Of a DNA stretch of 64,000 bases, positions 11,637 through 24,429 are shown piece by piece. The notes under the pieces are model-generated. The model saw only the letters and a list, made by a program, of their open reading frames with translations. It had not been told where the DNA came from and ran no database searches. Numbering within the stretch: position 1 is the stretch's first letter; each line of letters opens with the position of its first letter. Origin of the DNA: Callorhinchus milii (taxonomy: Eukaryota); contig NW_024704770.1 of NCBI RefSeq assembly GCF_018977255.1, positions 620,001 to 684,000 on the forward strand, written 5' to 3'. Made by a program: the position numbers and the translations under genes.

Positions 11637-13829
11637 GTATGTCTATTTGGTCACATTTATTAGCAATATTCAGTAGATTACTGCAATGGGCAGAAGAAGT
11701 TTTCTGAAGTGACATATCAGGTTATTCAAGTTGGTCGGGAAAAGGAGAGAGAGGAATATGTATTGAATATTGTAAGGTGCAGAGCAGCAAATGGATTGGG
11801 GAGTGCAGGTACATAAGTCCTTGAACATAGTGACATAAGTGGAAAAGACGGTGATTAAAGGTTTACAAAGATTTAGAAAAATTTACAAAGAAAGTACAAC
11901 ACAGAAACAGGCCACTCAGATCAACCAGTCCGTGCCGGTGTTTATAACCACTTGGGTCTTTACTCCCTCCCATAGCCTCTATTCCTCTCTCTCTCACGTG
12001 AAGGTCTATGTTCCTCGTGAATGCAGCGAATAAAATCATCGATTCAGGCAACAACTCCTGCCCTCTGTGTGAAGCAGTTTCTTCTCCTTGCCCTCTGCGG
12101 GGCAATCTCCCTCAATCTCTCTGCCCTCTGCGTGAAGCAGTTCCTTCTAATTTTTATTTTTTATCCCATCGTCACTGTCCCTGGTTACTGACTCCCCCAA
12201 AACAGCCCCAAATTGGCACAATCCTCACGACAGGATAGATCCCCAACTGTCGTTCCTACCCCACATCCCTGACCACAATCACTCGACTTCACGTCCACCC
12301 GTTGCCCACCTCAGACCCTGTCTCACACTCAACAGCTGAAACCCTCGTTGATTGACGGATTGATTTCAAAGTCCTGAATCTCACTCACAAATGAGTTTGG
12401 GTCCCAGCACCTCCTCAGGTCCCTACTTCTCTGACCTGCTTACACCACACAGCTCTAAGCCCTTTCACTCAGCTGCCTTGCCTTCGGCATGTCCCTTGCC
12501 CGCTTTGCTCTGCCATCGATGACTGGGGTTTCAGCCGCTACTCATCTCAAACTCTGGAACTCTCTGCCTCAATCCCACGACTGTGTTCCTCTAAGGTGAC
12601 AGAGACATAGCGCATTTGGGGATTGAAGAGGAAAGGAGATCAGTATATGAAGGATAGAGCCTCGAAAAGGTATGAGGGTAACAAGAGCAGCAAAGCTCAA
12701 TGCACACCTTCATCTGTCAGTCCGTGCAGACTCGATGGGCTGAATGGACTCCTTTGTGTTATACATTTCTCTGATTCTGTTATACCTTCTCTGAATTTGA
12801 ATGGGTTTCAAAACTGCCATAAGATATGTGGCTCTTAAACCAGGTTTTAGGAAAGTAACTGATTAAGTGTGAGTCTGGCTGACATGTCACACTGAGCCAT
12901 ATTGTACAGCAAAAGCTCCATACGTCGAATCATTCCTTGTGAAACAGATTTCTTTTTTAAAAAATTGGTATTTTCTGGTCTTCCACATCCCTATTATACA
13001 TAGAGAAGAGGCCTTAGAGTTCCAAAGCACAGTAGCAATAATGGGCAATGTGTTTTAACATAACGAGGGTTTATTTATATAATTCAGTGGTTAATTTTGC
13101 TTATTATGGATGATAAATAATTACACAAATTTATAAAATTGTTATTCGCCATTTCTTGGTTTACATATTTCATCTGATTTTTGAAACACTGTCGAAGTTA
13201 ACAAATTCAAAAATCATCACCGTTCCTCTTCGAATATTACGCAGTGGTTTCTTCAGTACCAGACTGCTATTTGCTGAGGTATTGTGCACTTGGTATATGT
13301 GAGAAGATAATAATAATAATCCTTCATTTAATAATTGGTATCAAGATGACATTTCAGAAAATCACTGGATTCTGCATTTTACAGGATGATAAAAATCCAA
13401 GAGAGGTCGGAACGTTAGGCCCAATTTGCTACTGCAAATAATGTATTGATTCAATAACGCTTACTGAATTACTAAAGGTGAGGCTATTCGGCATACGTGA
13501 ATGACACCTGCAAGTATTCTGGGATATGAACTGTGTTTGAAAGTGATTGAAACAGTATGAAGAAAACGCTGCCGAACATAACACAGATTTATATTTATAA
13601 TCAAACACTTTAATGCAAATGAATAATTCCCGTTGAATAATCAATAATCCTTTGAGGTTGTCCTTTGGCACTTTGCAGGATTTACGGTAAAATGCACGAA
13701 CTGTATTTGTGTACGAACATATTAGAAACAAATTAAAGACAACACAACAGAATATGATACAGCTTCACACTTTTTACCTCACAATTTCTATTGATATAAA
13801 TTATTTTTCTGTGCTATTGTTTCTCACAG

Positions 13830-14754
13830 TTAATTTGCTGGCAATTGTGATCCTGTCAAGAAGAAAGTGCGGTCTGTCCAAGTGCATCACTCGCTACTTG
13901 GTAGCAATGGCAGTGGCAGATCTCCTGGTTGTCCTTGTAGAATTATTGTTGAACAAAATTAACAATCTGTATTTCCCATTAAGTTTCTTATTCTATACTC
14001 CAGTGTGTAGTGTCAGACTTGTGCTGATGTCTGTAACACTCCACAGTTCTTTGTGGTTCACTGTCGCTTTCACTTTCGATCGTTTTCTAGCCATTTGCTC
14101 CCAAAAGTTGAAACCAAAATATTGCACAGAGAGAACGGCCACAGTGGTTATAGCAACGCTGTCTGTGTTTAGCTGCTCTGTGAGCATTCCGTGGTATTTT
14201 ACTCTTGATCCTTATGTTATAGTTAACGATATACCGTGGTACTGTGTCTTCAAATCAAACTATTATACGATGGCCTCCTGGAAAGTGTTTGAAAGGCTTC
14301 ACCGTGTTATTGCTCCCGTGTTTGGTTTTGCCTTGATTTTTGCCTGTTCAATGCTCTGATTATCAGGCACATACTGATGGCCAGTGATGTCCGCAGGAGC
14401 CTTCGATGTCAAAATCATTCTGAGAAAACTATTGATCCAGAGTTAGAAAACCGAAGAAAATCTGTCATCTTACTCTTTGCGATGTCGGGCAGTTTTATTC
14501 TGTTGTGGACCACTTTTATTGTATATTCCTTCAAATGGCAACTTTCCAATTTCAGTTATAGCGAAACTTTTGTCAATAACATGCGTTTTATCGTCCAAGA
14601 AACCGGAATCATGCTTCAAAGGATGAGTTGTTGTACCAACACCTGTATTTATGCAATGACTCAGACTAAGTTCAGAGAAGAGCTCAAGACAGGGTTAGTT
14701 TATCCATTTCATATCATTGCCGAATTAATGATAAAACATCGTAAACGCAGGTAA
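13830..14754 (+). pseudogene. GPCR copy B exon 2, frameshifted (+2 T at ~14337-14341)
   Basis: ttgatttttgcctg versus ttgatttgcctg in copy A. Exon is 925 nt versus 923 nt. The frame continues in ORF 14377-14754. Confidence 0.8.
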
Positions 14755-15225
14755 GAAAGAAGTTGGCTTCACACACTGTTGAACTTCAGGGACATTGGTG
14801 AATGTCTCCACAAGCAGAGACGCCTTCCAACATCATGAGCAGATATCAATAAAGCATCGTTTCCTTCCAAATCTTGTGACTATCTGTAAAGTTAAACTCC
14901 TGCCCCCGAAACATTGAAGTGAATGTCCTTTGACTTGATGAAGGAATGTTTGATTTTGGTTCAGGTGTGTGGAGTAAAGGAAAATACCCAATGTTTCGCT
15001 CTGCCCGGGAATCAAACCCATGTCCTCTCGCTTACGAGTCAAGCGCTCTAACCACTGAGCTACAGGACTCCACATTCTGCTGGTAATAAACGGGGAGAGA
15101 AGGTGCCTTTTGCCCTATAATATATAGTGAAGTGATGTGAGCCTCGACAGCGGAGGCCACGACCGGTGTCAGTGGGGACACACCGGCTCTCATTTCTCAC
15201 CGTGCAATTCTGTTATACTCTCCAG

Positions 15226-15470
15226 CAGCGACACACCTGGTGACAGCCTGACATGTGCACAACAGCCACGTGTGTGTGAGGTCCTGCAGGAGATGGTGGT
15301 TCCCCAACACGTGGTCAGGAGAGAAGGGCACAAACTGTCAGACCGGTGTCTTCACTGTGAGTCACTGGTGTTGGATCAAGTGGATGTACTGTCCACATCA
15401 AACTACTACTGTTGTTTCCTTCACTTCCCAAAGCATCTTCTCATGTGGGCGGTGAACAGCACCGACTCCG
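15226..15470 (+). CDS. Candidate internal exon (phase 2 to phase 1), copy B
   Basis: Same as 2760-3004, with the same splice sites. Confidence 0.35.
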
Positions 15471-17058
15471 GTAAAGCTTTCCCACTGCAACGGCATCTTT
15501 CACAGCATTTGTGATCTTTCAGACTGACTCTCCAGTGGCAGCACTGAGGTTTAGCACCGCATTGACCTTAAAATGACCATAACCCGCCCATACCCACCCA
15601 ACCCGCCACCATAACCCTCCCAACCCGCCCAACCCGCCACCATAACCCGCCCAACCCGCCCAACCCGCCACCATAACCCTCCCAACCCGCCCAACCCGCC
15701 ACCATAACCCGCCCAACCCGCCCAACCCGCCACCATAACCCGCCCAACCCGCCACCATAACCCGCCCAACCCGCCCAACCCGCCACCATAACCCGCCCAA
15801 CCCGCCCAACCCGCCACCATAACCCGCCCAACCCGCCCAACCCGCCACCATAACCCGCGCAACCCACCTATCCCTCTCCCCCCACCGGTCGCTCTTAGTC
15901 TCAGTGCATTTTTGCTGCCGTCACCGACAAGAGCTGTTACCCCAAAATGCTCCCACCCCCGTCCCCACCTCTGTGACCTCCTCACCCCCCACCAACCCGT
16001 CCGCTCCCTCTGCTCAGTGGCCTCCGGCCCCCGCCTCGCCAGCCTTCAGCCTCTCTGCCCCCACCCTTTGGAACTCCATCCGACTCCCACTCCGCCTCAC
16101 CCCCTCCTGTGCCTCTTTCAAGACCTGTCTCAAGACCCTCCTCCTGGACCGAGCCCCCACCCTCCGCGCCCTCCACCCCTCCTGATCCCAACCACCTGCC
16201 CGGGTGCGGATCCCTGACTGTCGGGCGCCTCGGACGTCCTCCTGACGTGAAAGGCGCTTTACAAATCTAATTTGTTATTGTTGTGTTTCTCACAATATCT
16301 GTGTCCCCGCACTTTCCGCCCCACCATTGGGTCGGACATTCAGCATCTCCGCCCCCACCCTGGAACTCCATCCCCAAATCCCTCCACCTCACCCCCTCTC
16401 TCACCTCCTTCAGGTCGCGTCTAAAGACCTTCCTCTTCGACCGTGACTTCAGCCCCAACTCCTGTCCTCCACCCCCAACCCCCGCCACGCCCTGCTCCAC
16501 CCCCAAACCCCAGCCCTCCACTCCCCAACCCCCCCTGCCCTCCACCCCCAACCCTCTGCTCTTCACCCCCAACCCCCCTACCCTCCACCTCCACCCCAAC
16601 CCCTGCCCTCCACCCCCAACCCCCTGCCCTCCACCCCCCCCCAACCCCCTGCCCTCCACCCCCAACCCCTGCCCCCACCCCAAACCTGCCCTCCACCCCC
16701 AAACCCCTGTGCTTCACCCCCAACTCCCAGCCGTTCACCCCTCCTGACCCCAATACCCAACTCAGGTCCAGTAACCCCTGACTGTCCAGTGCCCTGGAAC
16801 GTCTTTCTGACATGAAGAGCGCTTTACAATTGTCTGTAAAGTGTTGTTGTTGTTGTTGTTGTGTGTCCCAATATCTGTGTGTGTGTGGGAGGGGGTGGAG
16901 GGCCTTTTACACGGTTGGTGGTGGGAATGAGGAATTATCCCCTACAAACTGCAGTTGAGGCTGCGGCCGTTGATGGTTTATAAAAGAGAATGAGGCGGAT
17001 GATGGATGAGGGAATATTAAAGGCTTCTGGGCAGTGATCGCGGGAGAGACGAGGGCAG

Positions 17059-17350
17059 ACATTTCCTGAGGTTGTGGGCGGTTGCCATCAAACCCACACT
17101 GCCCGGCGGTGCTGCTCGTGTGCAGCTGTTCCCAACCGTTCACTCTGTCATTTGGAGCAAAGTGGTTGGTTTCGAGGCCTATGTTGTGGCCGTGAGCTGA
17201 TGCCCCAGTGCAGGCGGGGGAGCAGCGCCGTGTTGGGGAGGCCGACCTGTGGATGGGATGGTGACCTGAGGTCCTGTCTGACAGCTCCAGGAGATGTCAG
17301 AGATCCCAACACATACACCACACTGAGGACACTGAGGAAATAACCTGAGG
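17059..17350 (+). pseudogene. Decayed SRCR exon, copy B
   Basis: Same as 4566-4857. Confidence 0.45.
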
Positions 17351-19698
17351 CTTGTGGTTGGTAAGAAATCTGGAGACTGCGGTCTTTATTCAATGCTGCA
17401 TTTTTGATAACTTTAAACTATTTAAATGAGAAAAGCCATTGTGCGGTACAGGGGGGCACTGTGTGTGCTAATAACTAAAGGGGTGACGCTGTGGGGTGTG
17501 AATGGGGTGTGGGGTGTGTACTAGTTATGGTGAGTGTGTGTTATTCACGAGGGTTTGTGTGGTATTAATGTGGCAAATATGCTTTATAGCATTAAATATA
17601 CATAGGAATTGTGGGGTATTAATGGGGTGCGGGGTATCAATGGAGTTTGTGGTGTCAATGGAGTTTGTGGTATCAATGTGGTGTGTGGAGCATTAATGGG
17701 GTGTGTGGGGTATGGGGGGTATTTTGTGGTGTATGAATGGGATGTGGGGTGTGAATGGAGTGTGGGTTATTAATGGGGTTTCGGGTATTAATGGGTTGTT
17801 TGATGTAATAATGGGGTGTGGGGTATTAAGGGGGTGTGGGTAATTAATGAGGTGTGGGATATGAATTGGGTGTGGGGTATTATTGGAGTGTGGGCTATGA
17901 ATGGGTTTGATGTAATAATGGGGTGTGGGGTATTAATGGGGTGTGGGGTATTAATGGGTTGTTTGATGTAATAATGGGGTGTGGGGTATTAAGGTGATGT
18001 ATTAGGGTGTGGTATTAATGAGCTGTGGGATATTACTGGGGTATGTAGTGTTAATGAGGTCTGTATTATTAATGGGATGTGGGGGGTATTAATGGGGGTA
18101 TTGTGTGGGGGGTTATTAATGGGGTGTGGGGGGTATTAATGGGGTGTGGGGGGGGTATTAATGGGGTGTGGGGGGTATTAATGGGATGTGGTGATGTGTG
18201 GGAGGAATTGCCTCACAAGCGAGAGGACGTGGGTTTGATTTCCGGGCAGAGCAAAATGTTCGGCAATATTCCTCACTCCCACACACGCTGCTGTTTCCCG
18301 GCAGTGAGGAGCAGAACAATAATCCTTCAAACAAAATGTAAGAATCCCTTATTCCATGACTGTTTGTGGGACGCTGCTGTGCGCAATTGTCTGCCGTGTT
18401 TCGCCCACAAATTATACAGTCAATTGACTTTACAGTGCACTCTAAAGCACTTTGAGATGTCTCGAAGATGTGATAAGGCTCTGTAGCAAACGTAAGGATT
18501 ATTATTATATCTCAGTCAAAAGTGATCAGTGTAAATGTGTATTGTCTCCTCGCTGGGCCCCACTGTCTGCTCGTGCGTCAACTCCCCGACCCTCTTCCTG
18601 ACCTCAGATTCTTCATGGTCTCACTCCTTCCTACCCCGGCTGTCTCCGGCCTCGGCCTCTGCTCTGACACCTCTGCTCTACTGCTCACTGCTCTCTTCCT
18701 CCAGTGACGGCACCTTCAGCTTTTACTCTGGACGGTGCTCTACATTTCCCTCTCTCGAAAGACGTTTCTCTCTGACTCTGCATTTGGCCAACACCCTGAC
18801 CCCGTTTCCACTTTTGAAGCCACCCGCGGGTTTGCTCCTCCCTCCCTCTGCCCCCTATTAACAGCAAACCTTTCCACTCCCGCTCCCCCCGCTCCCCCCG
18901 CTCAGTGGGCACTGGGCTGTTGCATGTTCCCTGCTCTGCCGACTTATACAACAATAATAATAATTTTGTCACTCATTCCACTACTGCTTGTAGGGTAATA
19001 CCTCGTGCAATTAGCTGCCGTGTTTCTCCCACAAAATATATACAATTCACAGAATATTCTGTCAATCGCTTTGAGACAAATGTAAGGATTATTATTACTA
19101 TTACCCCCACACCACAGGGGTTGGGTGTTCAGCTTTGCTGCCCCCACCCTTTAGGACTCCATCCCAGAATCCCTACACCTCGCCCCCACGCTTCCTTCCT
19201 TCAAGGCACATCTCAAGACCTTTCTGTTGGACTGTGCCTTCAGTCTCCCTCCCACCCCCTACCCCCCACCCTTCTTCATTCCAACCCCCAGCTTGTGTGC
19301 AAATCATTAAATGTCCAGCGCCCTGGGACGTGCTTTGGAAAGGCCGTATTTAGATGTAATTTGTTATTGTTGTTTGTCTTCTTATTTGGGAATTCCCGTT
19401 GGCAGATGAAGTGTTTTGGGACTTTAATCGTCCAGGAAGGGTACTGTCTAACAGTACAAGTTGTGAAGAGTTTGAGACAGTCATTCATGAAAGGCGCTGT
19501 GTGAATAATAATAATTATAATAATAACAATAATCCTTGCATTTGATATAGAGCCTTATCACGTTGCTGCAACAGCTCAAAGCACTTCACAGGATATACTG
19601 TAAAGCGTAGTAACTGTGTGATTTTTGGGCAAAACGTTGTGTTAAGTTCTGAAATGCAGTCAGGTTTGTAAACTTGTCTGTAACACAAACTGATTTAA

Positions 19699-19732
<34 letters not shown>

Positions 19733-20882
19733 CCTCTCTGTGTAGCTGAGGCCTCCACTGCGATGTAAAACCAAGATAGCGACGGATTTAATCAGATTGG
19801 AAACTGCGGCTGGTGCTGAGCTAAAGAGCCTGTGGTGAGAGCTGTGTCTCTGGTCCCTTCTCCTGATCAGGTTAAACTTTACATTGAGCTGAAATGCCAT
19901 CTTATTACACTGACTTGATCAACACGTGATCTCTCAACCCAGGTCCTGGCAGCCACACACTTGAGGCAAATGTCTGATGGAAATGCACAGAGATTCTCTG
20001 ATCTCTACACAGTTACATGGTTTTGTCAGCGTGGCTCAGTTGGCTGCGTTCTTCCCTCTGAGTCAGATGTTTGTGGCTTCAAACCCCACGTCAGGATTTG
20101 GAACTCACATAGTCTAAGCTGGAATTCCAAAGCTGATGCTGGGAGTGCACTGCATTTGTTGAGGTGCCGTCCTTTGGATGAGATGTTAAACCAAGGCCCT
20201 GTCTGTCTGTTCAAATGGATCTTAACGATCCCACCATTGGGAAACAGGGGAGTTTCTCCCGGTGTCCTGGCCAACAATCCCCCCAAACATTGGCCACTCA
20301 CTTCATGGCTATGTGTGGGATGTTGCTGTGTGCAACTTAGCTGCTGTGTTCCCAATAAAGTGCAGTCCTATAGCTTAATGGTTTGATCGCTCGCCTGGCA
20401 AGCACCAGTACCTGGGTTCGATTCCTGGCACGGCAAAACCTTGGGCAAGTTTCCTTACGCCACACCCTCTGTCCTGCCTGAAGTCCTTCCTGTTCAGCAG
20501 TGCCTATGGTCACTTCGCGCCTCTTCCTGGTTCAGCAACATGTTCCGCCACTGTCAAGCGTTCTGGGACGCTATCCTGCGTGAGGGGCGCTATATATATA
20601 TATGCAAGTTGTTGTGTGTCTGTTTAATGTGGTGAGTGACAGTGTATGTTGTGGACATAAGCAGAAGCCAATTTGCAGACATCTGTGGAGTTAGTGACCA
20701 ACTCTGAGAGAACCTCATTGAGGTGTAAACATTTCAAATGGGATTCAAAATGTACAGTCACATACGGAGTATCTGTAAAGCTCATTGGGACTCCCTCCCA
20801 ATGTGAGACACTGCACCAAATGTCAGGACTATTGTTGTTGTTTTATTGCGATTTTGTGACTGTTATGTTTTGTGTCACAAAG

Positions 20883-21008
20883 GGCACCGAGTGCGGAGAG
20901 GGCAGGTGATGTCCACACTTGATGCCGTGTGTGTAACGCTGGGAACGCTGCTGGCCCTCGTGCTGATGGCACTCGCTGTACAAATCAAACACAATGTGCC
21001 CAGAGGAG
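20883..21008 (+). CDS. WC1/SCART/CD163-like receptor: transmembrane exon
   Basis: AG/GT sites, phase 1-1. CVTLGTLLALVLMALAVQ matches the CxxLGxLLxLVLxxLxxQ pattern I recall for WC1/SCART TM segments. Confidence 0.7.
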
Positions 21009-22393
21009 GTGAGAGCCCGACACGTGCCCTGGAGTCAGGCGGAGCCGTGTGGGGAGTGAACTGTATCAGTTAGAGAATCGGTGACAAGGGACAGTCACGG
21101 CACTGTTAGCAGAACAACAGCGGAGACTTTAGAGAAGATTTCTTCACTCACAGGATTGTTAGTGTCTGGAATTCTTTCCCATGTGGTATTGAGGCTGATC
21201 CACAAGATCACACAATGGTTTCGATGAAGAAGGCTCTTTGCCTCTTCCGATCTCATCTCTCCAGAACACCCACCCGAACATCAACCCCCACCCCCCCCAC
21301 CAACCCCCCACCTCCATCACCACATGGAGCTGCTTTTAACACAGGATACTCTTTGTGTTAGTCAAATAGAAATTGCCATTTCCTGTCGCGAGTATGTTCC
21401 AAGATGTTTGACTTTTGTGGCTTGGCCCCTGAGCTGGGGTTGGGTCCATGGGCGGGTGAGCCGGGGAAACATGATCAAAGTCATAGTCAAAGAGGAAGGT
21501 CTTGAGATGGGACTTTAAAGAGGTGAGGGAGGGCCCGAGTCTGAGGGATTCCAGGATGGAGTTCCAAATAGTGTGGGCAGATCGGCTGAAAGCCGGACCG
21601 CCAATGGTGAGGCGGGCAGGGCAGGGGATGTGAAGCAGACCAGTGCCCACTGAGCAGGAGTGGGCAGGATGGCAATGATTAAGGAGGTCACAGAAGTAGA
21701 GTGGAGCAAGACATTGGAGGGCTTTAAAGTGAGTACAAGGATCTTAAACTCGATCTTCTGGGGGATTGGAGTCAGTGGGTACAGATGAATGTGGGGGATG
21801 AGAGTGGGGGGAGATGTGGGGGATGGAGCCCAGTGGGAGAGAGTTCTGGATAGTAATGACTGGATGTGTTTGTATTTATATAGTGCGCTTCACATAGGAT
21901 AGTGTCTCGGCTAAAACATTAAGAGATGTGGGGCAGAGCCGGGACTTCAGACTCATGATAAAAACACAGAAATCCACAGGTAACAGATACAGGGGGTTAT
22001 GGCCTCCTGGGAATGTGGGATCTTCTGCCCCAACATTGGTTGAGGCAGATTCTGTGCTGCTTTTGATGGGAATTAAAATCCAGTAGTTACCCCAACCCAC
22101 ATGTCTTCGGTCCTGCGCCTAATACACTGTAGAATTTGGTAAGTGGGTCATCGCTCCAGTGAGAGACAACACATTTCATTCCAATAAATATCTCAGGAAT
22201 TTCCAAGTGTAGTTGGGATACATGGAGTTCTCGATTTCGTTTGGATGCTCTTGCGCATAGTGACTGGGTTTCCGCATGTGTCAGACGCCCGGGTGACCAA
22301 AAAATATTCCCCATAAGGGAACAGCCCAAGTGCTTTGAGAATGTTCTTACATGAGGTGCTGTAAAATACCAGGATTATTCTTTATGATTCCAG

Positions 22394-22498
22394 GGACTAA
22401 AGGCCGAAGATATGTGTCTCTTGGTTCACATCAAGGACTTTACGCAGAAATCGATGACCACCTGCCCAGGAGAGGCTCCCGTCAGCCACGACCTTCAT
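22394..22498 (+). CDS. WC1-like receptor: cytoplasmic exon with paired tyrosine motifs
   Basis: gattccag|GG...TCAT|gtgggt, 105 nt, phase 1-1, GTKGRRYVSLGSHQGLYAEIDDHLPRRGSRQPRPS. LYAEID resembles WC1 VYEELD. Confidence 0.7.
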
Positions 22499-23129
22499 GT
22501 GGGTATTTTACAAACTGTGTTTGACATCGCGGAGGAGGGAAAATTGTGATGTTTCCAAACGCATTGTGTGAAAATAGTGACATTGAGTGTGTTCTGTCCC
22601 TGTGGACCTCAGTGACTGATGACGCTGCTGTCAGGTGTCACACACTTTGTTTGGCGAAAGAAGTTTAATCCCAAACTGAGCATTAAGTGCATCACAAAAA
22701 CAGGTGCATTTTCTGTCTTGTGTAAATTCGCACATCGATGGCCTGAACTTCTGGGACCCAAAGACTGATAGAGTTAATGTCAGTTTGATGGGTATTTTAG
22801 TCAGGGTTCAGTATTCAGTGAGAGGAGAACATCTTCACTAAAAACTGGCAGCGAGTGAGGAACCACAGACATCACATCTAAACCTTGATCCGCAATCTAA
22901 ACATATTTATTATTACTAATGTTCTGTACAGATATCTCTCACAGAATAATAATTATTATTAATATTCTCTGCTCTGATATCTCACACACACTGAATATTT
23001 AATATTATTAACATTCTCTGCTCTGATATCATCCACTGATTATTTAATCTTATCAATGTTTTGTGCTCTGATATTTGATGAAATTCCCCTCTAACCTGGT
23101 AATGAACGGTGTGTGTTTCTTTTGGACAG

Positions 23130-23174
23130 TGTCTGGACCCAACAATTCTCTGTGGAAGCTGGAATATTACACAG
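23130..23174 (+). CDS. WC1-like receptor: short cytoplasmic exon (LSGPNNSLWKLEYYT)
   Basis: ttttggacag|TG...ACAG|gtaaaa, 45 nt, phase 1-1. Confidence 0.65.
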
Positions 23175-23829
23175 GTAAAAGGTTAAAAACAGAAACACAC
23201 ACTTGTTTGTCTGCAGTGAAGAGAGAGAGAGAGAGAAAACAATATTTTTCAGCATTTTATCAGGTCTCAGTGCCGTCTGACAGCACTTTACAGCGATCGC
23301 TGCTGTGTGACGGTCTCCTGTGGGCAAACACAGTGAGGTGCTGAGCACAGGCAGAGGGTGAAGGAACATTAATGTGGGGGATGTTGGCCCCGGACACTGG
23401 GAGAAACATTCTTCTCTTTTCCCGTAGCTTCACAGGATGTTTCCCGCACTCCTGCACAGGCAGACAGTGATTCCCCATTAAAACACAGACCATCCACTTG
23501 GGGTCTGAAAGGGCTGAGGCCCAAACCTGTCATTATACACAGCGACAACGACAGGTTATAGTGTAGAGTCCTGCACTTGGGTTAGAGCCCTCCCCGAGCA
23601 GCGAGAGACCACAGCCCCATTCCCGGGCAGGTCAACACCTCAGGCAAGTTTCCTTACTCCACACTCCAACGAGGAACCCGGTTGTTCGTGGATTGGAGGA
23701 TCGCTTTCCGGCGGTAAAAATCCCTTCAATGAATGAATGAATGAATCAATCAGTTGATCAGTGAGTGAGTGAGTGAATCAGAAAGTAAATAAACAGATTA
23801 TTTAATGAATGAATTGACCATCGAATCCA

Positions 23830-24322
23830 CGGCTTTGTGGCTTTGTGGCGGTTTGTGGCTTTGTGGCTTTTTGGCGGTTTGTGGCTTTGTGGCTTTGTGG
23901 CGGTTTGTGGCTTTGTGGCGGTTTGTGGCTTTGTGGCTTTGTGGCGGTTTGTGGCTTTGTGGCTTTGTGGCAGTTTGTGGCTTTGTGGCGGTTTGTGGCT
24001 TTGTGGCGGTTTGTGGCTTTGTGGCAGTTTGTGGCTTTGTGGCTTTGTGGCGGTTTGTGGCTTTGTGGCGGTTTGTGGCTTTGTGGCGGTTTGTGGCTTT
24101 GTGGCGGTTTGTGGCTTTGTGGCGGTTTGTGGCTTTGTGGCTTTGTGGCGGTTTGTGGCTTTGTGGCTTTGTGGCGGTTTGTGGCTTTGTGGCGGTTTGT
24201 GGCTTTGTGGCTTTGTGGCTTTGTGGCGGTTTGTGGCGGTTTGTGGCTTTGTGGCTTTGTGGCGGTTTGTGGCTTTGTGGCGGTTTGTGGCTTTGTGGCG
24301 GTTTGTGGCTTTGTGGCGGTTT
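23830..24322. repeat. Intronic minisatellite of gtggcttt / gtggcggttt modules
   Basis: Direct tandem 8- and 10-mer modules. Confidence 0.95.
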
Positions 24323-24429
24323 GAGGAACGGAGTGGGTTAAGAAATGGCGGTTGTGCCGTTGGGTGTTGTTCAGTGACCACTTTGCTGCCGCTGCTCGGG
24401 TTCAATGTCCATCTGTTCTTGTCTGACAG

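Larger units (their letters stand above)
12475..21744. repeat. Tandem segmental duplication, copy B (the unit probably starts at ~9358)
   Basis: Offset ~12.4 kb from copy A. Near-identical outside the GPCR block. Confidence 0.95.
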
